Part shown: piece after piece, positions 1 through 11,158 of the stretch
How positions within the stretch are numbered: the first letter of the stretch is position 1
Layout of the letters: every line of letters starts with the position of its first letter
Assembly: GCA_964057225.1 (NCBI GenBank)
Contig: OZ059896.1
Coordinates: 11,718,001 to 11,782,000, forward strand
DNA from: Auanema rhodensis
Lineage: Eukaryota; Animalia; Nematoda
Reading direction: 5' to 3'
Length of the DNA: 64,000 nucleotides
Notes under the pieces: model-generated
What the model saw: the letters and a program-made list of their open reading frames with translations, nothing else
Told to the model about the DNA's origin: nothing
Database searches by the model: none
Program-made: the position numbers and the translations under genes

Positions 1-244
1 TACCTATCACTTCCGGGGACCTAGTATATAAACCCGCAATAATTCTTCTAAATCATGTCTCAATATTATTCTGCCACCGCTATCATCTTCCCGTCAATTT
101 ATTTCATTTTACTCGTATTGTATTCGTATCGCCGATAATAAACTCTTCTCTTGTACTCGCGTCTATTGCCTATTACTTGGACTAATATTCCACTACCACT
201 GAACCACAAATGCCCGTTATTCGCTCTCCAACTAGAGGACAAAA
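1..244 (+). mobile_element. 3' part of a BEL/Pao LTR (same family as 1830-8548), missing the terminal CGACA
   Basis: Near-identical to about 2113-2356 and 8299-8543. It ends ...ggacaaaa and runs straight into satellite instead of ...ggacaaaacgaca. Confidence 0.95.
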
Positions 245-1829
245 ATTTTATTTAATTCCATATTTTAAACAATTTTATAATTCTACCACTATTTCATAAT
301 TTCATTTTTTAAATTTTTAATCATTAAAAAACATATAAATTTCAATATTGTGATGCTCAAAAACTGAAACATTTAAATATTTTGTATTTTCTTAACCATT
401 TCACCAAATCTATTTTATTTAATTCCATATTTTAAACAATTTCATAATTCTACCACTATTTCATAATTTCATTCTTTAAATTTTTAATCATTAAAAAACA
501 TATAAATTTCAATATTGTGATGCTCAAAAACTGAAACATTTAAATATTTTGTATTTTCTTAACCATTTCACTCCATCTCTTTTATTTAATCCCATATTTT
601 AAACAATTTTATAATTCTACCACTATTTCATAATGTCATTCTTTAAATTTTTAATCATTAAAAAACATATAAATTTCAATATTGTGATGCTCAAAAACTG
701 AAACATTTAAATATTTTGTATTTTCTTAACCATTTCACTAAATCTATTTTATTTAATTCCATATTTTAAACAATTTTATAATTCTACCACTATTTCATAA
801 TTTCATTCTTTAAATTTTTAATCATTAAAAAACATATAAATTTCAATATTGTGATGCTCAAAAACTGAAACATGTAAATATTTTGTATTTTCTTAACCAT
901 TTCACTAAATCTATTTTATTTAATTCCATATTTTAAACAATTTTATAATTCTACCACTATTTCATAATTTCATTGTTTAAATTTTTAATCATTAAAAAAC
1001 ATATAAATTTCAATATTGTGATGCTCAAAAACTGAAAAATTTAAATATTTTGTATTTTCTTAACCATTTCACCAAATCTATTTTATTTAATTCCATATTT
1101 TAAACAATTTTATAATTCTACCACTATTTCATAATTTCATTTTTTAAATTTTTAATCATTAAAAAACATATAAATTTCAATATTGTGATGCTCAAAAACT
1201 GAAACATTTAAATATTTTGTATTTTCTTAACCATTTCACTAAATCTATTTTAATTAATTCCATATTTTAAACAATTTTATAATTCTACCCTTATTTCATA
1301 ATTTCATTCTTTAAATTTTTAATCATTAAAAAACATATAAATTTCAATATTGTGATGCTCAAAAACTGAAACATTTAAATATTTTGTATTTTCTTAACCA
1401 TTTCACTAAATCTATTTTAATTAATTCCATATTTTAAACAATTTTATAATTCTACCACTATTTCATAATTTCATTCTTTAAATTTTTAATCATTAAAAAA
1501 CATATAAATTTCAATATTGTGATGCTCAAAAACTGAAACATTTAAATATTTTGTATTTTCTAAACCATTTCACTAAATCTATTTTATTTAATTCCATATT
1601 TTAAACAATTTTATAATTCTACCACTATTTCATAATTTCATTTTTTAAATTTTTAATCATTAAAAAACATATAAATTTCAATATTGTGATGATCAAAAAC
1701 TGAAACATTTAAATATTTTATATTTTCTAAACCATTTCACTCCATCTCTTTTATTTAATTCCATATTTTAAACAATTTCATAATTCTACCACTATTTCAT
1801 AATTTCATTTTTTAAATTTTTAATCATTA
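245..1829 (-). repeat. 167-bp AT-rich satellite, sub-family A, about 9.5 monomers, reverse orientation
   Basis: Tandem units that are the reverse complement of the main array. Diagnostic variants are aaacatataaa, aattctaccac and cttaacc. Confidence 0.97.
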
Positions 1830-2361
1830 TGTGCTGAAGCACTCTCATCCCGTGATAATAGTGTTCCTCCTTAGTTTAAGTTCAATTGTACTTCTTTATT
1901 GTCCTCTCTTTGTACTATCGATTATCCTCAACTATCTAATCGATAATCCTGTAAGTTGTCACCAACGGCCGATTTGCCGATGAATCACCTATCGCCCTTT
2001 GCCATTTGATCCATTAGGCAAGATCTTAGGCGCGATAGCCGTCGCCCACTTGCAAGGGGGACGAATCACGTAGGATTTAGACCCCTCCTCTCGCTTTCTA
2101 CAATTAATACATTATCTATCACTTCCGGGGACCTAGTATATAAACCCGCAATAATTCTTCTAAATCATGTCTCAATGTTATTCTGCCACCGCTATCATCT
2201 TCCCGTCAATTTATTTCATTTTACTCGTATTGTATTCGTATCGCCGATAATAAACTCTTCTCTTGTACTCGCGTCTATTGCCTATTACTTGTACTAATAT
2301 TCCACTACCACTGAACCACAAATGCCCCTTATTCGCTCTCCAACTAGAGGACAAAACGACA
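1830..2361 (+). repeat. BEL 5' LTR (532 bp)
   Basis: tgtgctgaag...aaaacgaca, with TATA (tatataaa, about 2137) and AATAAA (about 2248). Direct repeat of 8016-8548. Confidence 0.96.
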
Positions 2362-5300
2362 TGGTGCATCAAGCCGAGTCCAACGAAGAAACTCGCGCCG
2401 AACAATGGAACAGCAGCTGCTCATTATTACTCGCTAAGCTCAAGGACAACGACGGTACGTCAAGTTACTAATACCTCCAACAAAACCCAAAGCATGATTG
2501 ACACCCGTGAAAGGGAGATTTCAAACATCAATGGGGACATCCTCGCCATCAACAAACTGATGGACGAGATGAAACACATCCCAACCGACCTATGCCCCGA
2601 GGACCAAAGTCGGATCACGAAGAACGAAGAAACTCTGCGGAAACACATCTCTACCCTACTGTCATACAGTAACGACATACAAGAACAAGTCAACTACCTG
2701 AAGGGTCTCAACCACACTGAGAACAGCCCTGACCCAACACACACAGACAGTTCACAGCCCTCTGAGCACCACCTCATTGGAACTGCTGAACTCACACACG
2801 CCACACAACCTCGAAGCTGGGAAACATATCGATCACGGCCAACACTCAAACCTGTCGATATCCCACGCTTCGATGGCAACGTGAAAAGCTGGAAAAACTT
2901 TTGGTGCTTGTTCCACACACTCATACACTCATCGAACATGCCCACCATAGAAAAGTTTAACTACCTTCGCCAGTCATTAACAGGAGAAGCAGCTTCACAA
3001 ATAGCTTCATTCCCAACGGATGAAGACTACTACTTCAGCGCAGTACATCACCTGCAGGATCTATATGATGATAACGACAACATCACACAACATCTCATGC
3101 TGGAATTTCTCCAGATACAAGCGAGAACATCCAACCAGCATGACCTCCTCACCATGATGGACAAGATCGCAGGCATTTTTCGCCAAACTGAAGGAAACAG
3201 GAACGCCGAACTCAACTCCCTCGCTGTAGTCATCTTACACAAGAAACTACCAGGGAACCTTCTCCAAGAGATCTACAAATCATTCCCCTCGGGAAAAACA
3301 CCTGACATCAGAGACCTCGTAGACATCACAAGGCGACATATCCGATGCCAAAACAAGGTGAAAATTTTCGCAGCAGATCGGTTCGAGAAACCAATCACAC
3401 GAGTCTACAACTCACCACCAGGGAACACCTACAATTCCCAACGCAACAAACCAGAAGCTAAAAAACTAGCAAAAACATCCAGTTGCATCTTCTGCCAGAA
3501 ACCTCACGCCCCATGGGACTGTGACACAACAAAGTCGAGGAAGGAGCGTCTAACCATTCTCAACCAGGAGAAGAGATGCATCAACTGTCTCCGCAAAACA
3601 CACAACACGGAGTCATGTCCAAGCAAACGAACATGCTCCAAATGCGGAGGAAAACACATCGACATCTTATGCGCTAATAAAAAGAAGACGACCAAAGTCA
3701 ACTTAATTGAGAGCACACCCTACAATGACGAGGAAACCGAAGAACACACGGTTCAATTCTCCTCCCAGTTCTCTACCAATCAATTCAAAAGCGCCCTCCT
3801 TCCAATAGGAGAAATCAAGATAATGACGAATGGAAAATTTTCCACAATCCCAGCCATCTTGGACTCTGGATCGGACACATCTTTCATCGAAGAAGAACTT
3901 GCCAAAGAACTTCAACTACCCGTTATAGAATCTAAACGCGTAAAAATCAAGACTTTCGGCAACACAAAAAGCGTTGAACACCTCACAAAGGTGAAAGCAA
4001 CAATCAAAGGAACAGTCTCCAACATCACTGCACAACTTTGGACAAAAAAGACCTTGACGGGTCCCATCAAAACAGTCCGAATTCCAAAATCAGACAACTC
4101 CACCTTCAAATCAAATCAAGGAACCTACGTCAATCCACGCATACTCATAGGCTCCGATTTAATGTGGCAAGCTCTGACAGCCATTATACCAATCTCTGAC
4201 GACCACATACAAGTCAAGACACAATTTGGAGACTTCATAACAGGAAAAGCAAGCGACCAACCATCCATCAACGCCTTCTCAGTTATAACTGGAAACACCT
4301 CTATCCCGATAGACACATGGAACAAAAACTTCATCGAGGAGCAGCAAGAATTTACGGGAACCGAACAAGAAGAAAAACAAGCACGAGACAAACTAGTATT
4401 GGAACAATTCCAATCCACCATCCAAAAAAGAGACGATGGTTATTACGTCTCCTTCCCATGGAAAGACAACATCAATCTTCTCCCCGACAACAAATCACTT
4501 GCTCACAGACGCCTCATAAGTCTAGTCGTAAAATTATCTCAACAACCAGATTCACTAGCAGCATACGACAAAATCATTCAAGAACAACTAGACAATGGAA
4601 TAATCGAACCAGCAGAAGAACCATACCCTGACGCTCAAACGATACACTACATTGCTCATCAAGCAGTTCTGACCCCACAAAAGGAAACAACCAAACTAAG
4701 GATAGTATACAACGCTTCCGGACACTACCAGAACAGACCCAGTCTCAACGACGTCATCCATCAAGGACCACTAATCCTACCATCACTAGTAGGTATGATT
4801 TTACGCTTCCGCTGCGGGAAAATGGCACTGATAGCAGACGTAAAGAAAGCATTTCTTCAAATAAGACTCCACGAGTCAGAACGTGACGCTACAAGATTTT
4901 TTTGGCTGAGAGATATCTCCAAACCAATGAGCACCGAAAATACAAGAACCCTACGCTTCTGTAGAGTTCCCTTTGGAATCAATGCCTCGCCATTTCTCCT
5001 CGCAGCCACAATTCGTCATCATCTGGAACAAAGAAGCAACGAAAACTTCCTAGCCCACCAAATTAAAGAGAACCTTTACGTGGACAACCTATTATTTGCC
5101 ACAAACTCAGAAGAAGACCTCAAACTGGGATACCAAGAAACAAAGGACATATTCGCAGAAATGAACATGTCACTACAAGAATTCATAACGAACAGTCCGG
5201 ACTTCAACAAAAACCTACTACTAGAGGAGAAAAATACCTCATCAAAACCAAAAGTTCTTGGATTACCATGGGACACAAAAACGGACCAATGGATCATCCA

Positions 5301-7194
5301 AACCAAGCTTCCAGAAACAAAACTGACCAAACGTGGTATTACACAAGCCATTGCATCGATATTTGACCCCATGGGTTTGATAAGTCCATGCCTACACCCA
5401 CTACGACTCTTCCTACAGAATCTATGGACAGAGAATTACGACTGGGACACTACGTTGCCTGAAGAACACCAAAAAACATGGCATACACTAGCCGAAAACT
5501 TCAACTTCAACAAAACTCAGCAACGAGCCCTACCAGAAGATCCGAATCAGCAGTACCACTTAGTTACCTGCACAGATTCTAGCGGATCAGCCCTAGGATT
5601 CTGCACATACCTCCTGGCAGCCACATCACGCATACCTACCTTGATCTTCGCTAAATCCAAGCTACACTCAAAGAACTCCAACATCACCATCCCGAAAGCA
5701 GAAATATCAGCTCTCACAGTAGGTGTCACAAACACCAACAAAATCATCGAAGAAATGAAAGACAACATCAAAATCTTGTCTACAACATTTTTATCGGACT
5801 CAGAAATAACGTTAGCATGGATAAGACGAAAACCTGATCAGAAGACAACAGGAGTCTTAGTACAAAACAGAATCAAGGAAATCTACGACCACATCGACCA
5901 AATCGAAGATATGGATATCAAGACATACTTTGGTTACATCAACACCAAAGACAACCCAGCCGACATTGCCACAAGAGGTTGCACAACAGACGAGCTACTA
6001 AATCATTTCTGGTGGAATCCCAAAGCACAAATTGACAAAGCCATTAATGGTCCCCTCTTCTCATTACCTCAACCAGAAATCACAGTGAATACAGCTAGGA
6101 CATCTGAAGAATACGAAGAATCCTGGCTAGAACACTGCAACACATGGATCCAAGCACAAGAAAAATGGATCGCAGAGAATTATTCGCTGTTAGAGAAACG
6201 ACTACCGACACATTACGAAGAAGCCGAACTGAACCTTCTCCATCTGCATCAACACAACCTACTCGTACGTCTTACAGCAGCACAACGAAACGACTTAAGA
6301 CCACTGTTGAAAGATCATCTTTGGCACAGCCGCGGACGAATGCAGAATAGTGAACTAGATGAGAGTGCAAAACTTCCTATCATCGTCTTACCCAAAACAA
6401 GGACAGCCACCTTAATTATCGAACACGTCCACAACCGATTTCACAAAAGCACGTCACACACCATGGCCGAAGTTCGACAGAAATTCTGGATACCACAACT
6501 TCGCTCACAAACCATCTCAGTCATACGAAGATGCGTAGAGTGCCAACGAATGAACAACCGACCATTCACGTACCCCCCATCTGGCGACATACCCAGCAGA
6601 AGACTCAACCGAAGCCGACCATTCCAACACATAGGCCTCGACTACTTCGGACCGCTGACGGTAAAGGACAAACCTCACAAAGTATGGGGTTGCATCTATA
6701 CCTGCACAGTCACACGCCTACTACACTTAGAAGTTATAGAAGACCTTACCACAAAAGCATTTCTTAACTGTCTAAGGAAGATATGGGCACGTAGAGGATA
6801 TCCGGAAAGCATCACTTGCGATAACGCCACCACATTCGAACTAGGACAGAAAGTGGCGAACAGACTGTTCAGCATCGCCAACACGACACAAACAGGTGAC
6901 AGCCATAAGATAAAATGGCACAACATAACACCTTACGCCCCCTGGCAAGGAGGATTCTACGAACGCCTTATCCGATCAGTAAAAGACTCTCTTCACAAAA
7001 CCATGAAGAACATACCAACAAGCGAAGAACTGTCAATCACCTTAGCTGAATGTGAAGCAACACTCAACACTCGCCCACTCACATACATCGGATCCGACAC
7101 AGGAACAGATGAAATAATCAGACCATGTGACTTTACATCTTCCTCATTCCCCTCCGCGTCTTTATCATTTTTCGGCGCCAGCTCCTTCTCCTAA
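2263..7194 (+). CDS. BEL/Pao Gag-Pol polyprotein (Gag, 3 zinc knuckles, protease, RT, RNase H, integrase); C-terminus truncated by deletion
   Basis: DUF1759-like IPRFDGNVKSWKNFW. Knuckles CIFC..H..C, CINC..H..C and CSKC..H..C. Protease ILDSGS. RT ADVKKAFLQI and YVDN. RNase H TDSS, LSDSE and NPADIATRG. Integrase H-H-CVEC, GLDYFGP, TCDNA and GGFYERL. The listed start lies inside the LTR; the real start is likely about 2405-2494. Confidence 0.96.
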   Translation: MYSRLLPITCTNIPLPLNHKCPLFALQLEDKTTWCIKPSPTKKLAPNNGTAAAHYYSLSSRTTTVRQVTNTSNKTQSMIDTREREISNINGDILAINKLMDEMKHIPTDLCPEDQSRITKNEETLRKHISTLLSYSNDIQEQVNYLKGLNHTENSPDPTHTDSSQPSEHHLIGTAELTHATQPRSWETYRSRPTLKPVDIPRFDGNVKSWKNFWCLFHTLIHSSNMPTIEKFNYLRQSLTGEAASQIASFPTDEDYYFSAVHHLQDLYDDNDNITQHLMLEFLQIQARTSNQHDLLTMMDKIAGIFRQTEGNRNAELNSLAVVILHKKLPGNLLQEIYKSFPSGKTPDIRDLVDITRRHIRCQNKVKIFAADRFEKPITRVYNSPPGNTYNSQRNKPEAKKLAKTSSCIFCQKPHAPWDCDTTKSRKERLTILNQEKRCINCLRKTHNTESCPSKRTCSKCGGKHIDILCANKKKTTKVNLIESTPYNDEETEEHTVQFSSQFSTNQFKSALLPIGEIKIMTNGKFSTIPAILDSGSDTSFIEEELAKELQLPVIESKRVKIKTFGNTKSVEHLTKVKATIKGTVSNITAQLWTKKTLTGPIKTVRIPKSDNSTFKSNQGTYVNPRILIGSDLMWQALTAIIPISDDHIQVKTQFGDFITGKASDQPSINAFSVITGNTSIPIDTWNKNFIEEQQEFTGTEQEEKQARDKLVLEQFQSTIQKRDDGYYVSFPWKDNINLLPDNKSLAHRRLISLVVKLSQQPDSLAAYDKIIQEQLDNGIIEPAEEPYPDAQTIHYIAHQAVLTPQKETTKLRIVYNASGHYQNRPSLNDVIHQGPLILPSLVGMILRFRCGKMALIADVKKAFLQIRLHESERDATRFFWLRDISKPMSTENTRTLRFCRVPFGINASPFLLAATIRHHLEQRSNENFLAHQIKENLYVDNLLFATNSEEDLKLGYQETKDIFAEMNMSLQEFITNSPDFNKNLLLEEKNTSSKPKVLGLPWDTKTDQWIIQTKLPETKLTKRGITQAIASIFDPMGLISPCLHPLRLFLQNLWTENYDWDTTLPEEHQKTWHTLAENFNFNKTQQRALPEDPNQQYHLVTCTDSSGSALGFCTYLLAATSRIPTLIFAKSKLHSKNSNITIPKAEISALTVGVTNTNKIIEEMKDNIKILSTTFLSDSEITLAWIRRKPDQKTTGVLVQNRIKEIYDHIDQIEDMDIKTYFGYINTKDNPADIATRGCTTDELLNHFWWNPKAQIDKAINGPLFSLPQPEITVNTARTSEEYEESWLEHCNTWIQAQEKWIAENYSLLEKRLPTHYEEAELNLLHLHQHNLLVRLTAAQRNDLRPLLKDHLWHSRGRMQNSELDESAKLPIIVLPKTRTATLIIEHVHNRFHKSTSHTMAEVRQKFWIPQLRSQTISVIRRCVECQRMNNRPFTYPPSGDIPSRRLNRSRPFQHIGLDYFGPLTVKDKPHKVWGCIYTCTVTRLLHLEVIEDLTTKAFLNCLRKIWARRGYPESITCDNATTFELGQKVANRLFSIANTTQTGDSHKIKWHNITPYAPWQGGFYERLIRSVKDSLHKTMKNIPTSEELSITLAECEATLNTRPLTYIGSDTGTDEIIRPCDFTSSSFPSASLSFFGASSFS
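2362..2377 (+). promoter_or_regulatory. Primer-binding site, probably tRNA-Gly
   Basis: TGGTGCATC immediately follows the LTR and is complementary to a tRNA-Gly 3' end (...GATGCACCA). Confidence 0.75.
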
Positions 7195-7991
7195 AGTCAA
7201 GGAAAACTCACATCCTAGTAGTATTCATTCTATTCACTATGTCACTCGCCAACACTAGAGCCTGCGAAATCAACATGGTCTTGCAAAGATCACAAGAAAG
7301 ATGCGACTCGTTTCTGAAGCTCACAAAAGAGAAACGTATTGAATGCTTGAAGGAACTCACACAGCACATGGACCAATCACTTAGGGATTTTTACAAAACT
7401 GAGGCAAGTGAACTCTCTGACAAATCCAATCTCATCAACAGCGCCGCCACTGCCTTAAAAAACTTCATAAGACTCAAAGATTTCCTTAACACCGCAAGAA
7501 CACACCACGTGTTCCAAAATGAGCAAGACAAGCTCAAACCTTTTGGAAACGAGAGAAGACTAAACGAGTTGATGAAGAGTATCCAAAGGGAACACATCCC
7601 AGCGATAAACGGAGACAAAATGCCGTACAACTCCTCTACCATCAAAAGGGACGGAGAAGCGCCAGGATGTCCTCAACCCAAGGGAAACATCATCGTCGTA
7701 GAAGCGCAGCCGGAGCTCAAAGAAATATTGGAAGAACTAAAACAGATGAGATCGGAGAACAAAAGGATGACCTCAGTGCTAATCGAACAGCTCGACCAAC
7801 AAAAGAAAATCGACTCGCTAAAGAAAGAACTGAAAGAGATCAAGGAACTACTAGCGAAAGGGATCCAAGCCAAGCCTAGAGTGTCTAAGGAAACGCAGAC
7901 TACCGGTAGGATCAAGACTAGAAAAGAAATGGAACAAGAAATTCTACCCACTAAGAGGAACAAGACTCAGGCGGCGATCATCACCATATAG
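7131..7991 (+). CDS. BEL 3' ORF: env (Gn/Gc junction)-like remnant fused to a coiled-coil accessory protein
   Basis: The 7239 frame is open back to 7131: LYIFLIPLRVFIIFRRQLLLLKSRKTHILVVFILFTMSLANTRA-CEINMVLQRSQERC, followed by K/E-rich heptads. Confidence 0.6.
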   Translation, partial: LYIFLIPLRVFIIFRRQLLLLKSRKTHILVVFILFTMSLANTRACEINMVLQRSQERCDSFLKLTKEKRIECLKELTQHMDQSLRDFYKTEASELSDKSNLINSAATALKNFIRLKDFLNTARTHHVFQNEQDKLKPFGNERRLNELMKSIQREHIPAINGDKMPYNSSTIKRDGEAPGCPQPKGNIIVVEAQPELKEILEELKQMRSENKRMTSVLIEQLDQQKKIDSLKKELKEIKELLAKGIQAKPRVSKETQTTGRIKTRKEMEQEILPTKRNKTQAAIITI

Positions 7992-8015
7992 ATGTTCTCT
8001 TCTCGACGGCCGGAG

Positions 8016-8548
8016 TGTGCTGAAGCACTCTCATCCCGTGATAATAGTGTTCCTCCTTAGTTTAAGTTCAATTGTACTTCTTTATTGTCCTCTCTTTGTG
8101 CTATCCATTATCCTCAACTATCTAATCGATAATCCTGTAAGTTGTCACCAACGGCCGATTTGCCGATGAATCACCTATCGCCCTTTGCCATCTGATCCAT
8201 TAGGCAAGATCTTAGGCGCGATAGCCGTCGCCCACTTGCAAGGGGGATGAATCACATAGGATTTAGACCCCTCCTCTCGCTTTCTACAATTAATACATTA
8301 TCTATCACTTCCGGGGACCTAGTATATAAACCCGCAATAATTCTTCTAAATCATGTCTCAATATTATTCTGCCACCGCTATCATCTTCCCGTCAATTTAT
8401 TTCTGTTTTACTCGTATTGTATTCGTATCACCGATAATAAACTCTTCTCTTGTACTTGCGTCTATTGCCTATTACTTGGACTAATATTCCACTACCACTG
8501 AACCACAAATGCCCGTTATTCGCTCTCCAACTAGAGGACAAAACGACA
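8016..8548 (+). repeat. BEL 3' LTR (533 bp), preceded by PPT-like gacggccggag
   Basis: Direct repeat of 1830-2361, with TG...CA ends. Confidence 0.96.
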
Positions 8549-10768
8549 GAAGTTATGAATTCGTGGTAGAAATATAAAATTGTTTAAAATATGGAATTAA
8601 ATAAAAAAGATGGAGTGAAATGGTTTAGAAAATACAAAATATTTAAATGTTTCAGTTTTTGATCATCACAATATTGAAATTTAAATGTTTTTTAATGATT
8701 AAAAATTTAAAAAATGAAATTATGAAATCGTGGTAGAAATATAAAATTGTTTAAAATATGGAATTAAATAAAAGAGATGGAGTGAAATGGTTTAGAAAAT
8801 ACAAAATATTTAAATGTTTCAGTTTTTGATCATCACAATATTGAAATTTAAATGTTTCTCAATGATTAAAAATTTAAAAAATGAAATTATGAAATAGTGG
8901 TAGAAATATAAAATTGTTCAAAATATGGAATTAAATAAAAGAGATGGAATGAAATGGTTTAGAAAATACAAAATATTTAAATGTTTCAGTTTTTGATCAT
9001 CACAATATTGAAATTTAAATGTTTTTTAATGATTAAAAATTTAAAAAATGAAATTATGAAATCGTGGTAGAAATATAAAATTGTTTAAAATATGGAATTA
9101 AATAAAAGAGATGGAGTGAAATGGTTTAGAAAATACAAAATATTTAAATGTTTCAGTTTTTGAGCATCACAATATTGAAATTTAAATGTTTCTCAATGAT
9201 TAAAAATTTAAAAAATGAAATTATGAAATCGTGGTAGAAATATGAAATTGTTTAAAATATGGAATTAAATAAAAGAGATGGAGTGAAATGGTTTCGAAAA
9301 TACAAAATATTTAAATGTTTCAGTTTTTGATCATCACAATATTGAAATTTAAATGTTTTTTAAAGATTAAAAATTTAAAAAATGAAATTATGAAATCGTG
9401 GTAGAAATATGAAATTGTTTAAAATATGGAATTAAATAAAAGAGATGGAGTGAAATGGTTTCGAAAATACAAAATATTTAAATGTTTCAGTTTTTGATCA
9501 TCACAATATTGAAATTTAAATGTTTCTCAATGATTAAAAATTTAAAAAATGAAATTATGAAATAGTGGTAGAAATATAAAATTGTTCAAAATATGGAATT
9601 AAATAAAAGAGATGGAATGAAATGGTTTAGAAAATACAAAATATTTAAATGTTTCAGTTTTTGATCATCACAATATTGAAATTTAAATGTTTTTTAAAGA
9701 TTAAAAATTTAAAAAATGAAATTATGAAATCGTGGTAGAAATATAAAATTGTTTAAAATATGGAATTAAATAAAAGAGATGGAGTGAAATGGTTTAGAAA
9801 ATACAAAATATTTAAATGTTTCAGTTTTTGAGCATCACAATATTGAAATTTAAATGTTTCTCAATGATTAAAAATTTAAAAAATGAAATTATGAAATAGT
9901 GGTAGAAATATAAAATTGTTCAAAATATGGAATTAAATAAAAGAGATGGAATGAAATGGTTTAGAAAATACAAAATATTTAAATGTTTCAGTTTTTGATC
10001 ATCACAATATTGAAATTTAAATGTTTTTTAATGATTAAAAATTTAAAAAATGAAATTATGAAATCGTGGTAGAAATATAAAATTGTTTAAAATATGGAAT
10101 TAAATAAAAGAGATGGAGTGAAATGGTTTAGAAAATACAAAATATTTAAATGTTTCAGTTTTTGAGCATCACAATATTGAAATTTAAATGTTTCTCAATG
10201 ATTAAAAATTTAAAAAATGAAATTATGAAATCGTGGTAGAAATATGAAATTGTTTAAAATATGGAATTAAATAAAAGAGATGGAGTGAAATGGTTTCGAA
10301 AATACAAAATATTTAAATGTTTCAGTTTTTGATCATCACAATATTGAAATTTAAATGTTTTTTAAAGATTAAAAATTTAAAAAATGAAATTATGAAATCG
10401 TGGTAGAAATATGAAATTGTTTAAAATATGGAATTAAATAAAAGAGATGGAGTGAAATGGTTTCGAAAATACAAAATATTTAAATGTTTCAGTTTTTGAT
10501 CATCACAATATTGAAATTTAAATGTTTCTCAATGATTAAAAATTTAAAAAATGAAATTATGAAATAGTGGTAGAAATATAAAATTGTTCAAAATATGGAA
10601 TTAAATAAAAGAGATGGAATGAAATGGTTTAGAAAATACAAAATATTTAAATGTTTCAGTTTTTGATCATCACAATATTGAAATTTAAATGTTTTTTAAT
10701 GATTAAAAATTTAAAAAATGAAATTATGAAATCGTGGTAGAAATATAAAATTGTTTAAAATATGGAAT
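8549..10768 (+). repeat. 167-bp satellite, sub-family B, about 13 monomers
   Basis: gtggtag recurs at 8563, 8730 and 8897 (period 167). Variants ggtttcgaa and aatcgtgg. Confidence 0.98.
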
Positions 10769-11158
10769 TGTTGTAGTTAAATATACGACTAGTATATCGA
10801 TTCCACTTTTTATATATATTTGATCTCGTTGACCAGGTGTTTTCCCGCTCTTTCTATACTATATAAGGGATGCCTGTAGCTTTATAGTCAGTTATCTAGA
10901 CTGTGACTGCTCTCTGAAGGTCCGAATCGTCGTTGCTTTAAAGGAAACCTATTCTTTTTTGTTCCTTTTCTTTTTTTTTATTATTTTACAAGTTATAACT
11001 AGGGGTCGTAATACACACACACTTTTTGTTCTTATAATAGCTCATTATTGAGTTACAGCATTTAGTTTTAATATTTGTATTGGTTCTGTTTAATTTTTTG
11101 AGTTTCTTCTTTTAATAAAGGGCTCTTCTAAAGTCAAACTTCATGCACCACAGAGCTA

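Larger units (their letters stand above)
1830..8548 (+). mobile_element. BEL/Pao LTR retrotransposon, internally deleted; flanks are not a TSD
   Basis: TG...CA LTRs at 1830-2361 and 8016-8548, about 2% divergent by eye. PBS at 2362. Long gag-pol ORF. Flanks catta and gaagt differ. Confidence 0.97.

Noticed and set aside
2211-8501. Many short antisense or overlapping ORFs in BEL (and likewise in the Gypsy elements), plus ORFs inside LTRs
   Set aside because: Shadows of the main reading frame with no motifs. The 2263 start and the 8247 ORF lie in LTR sequence.
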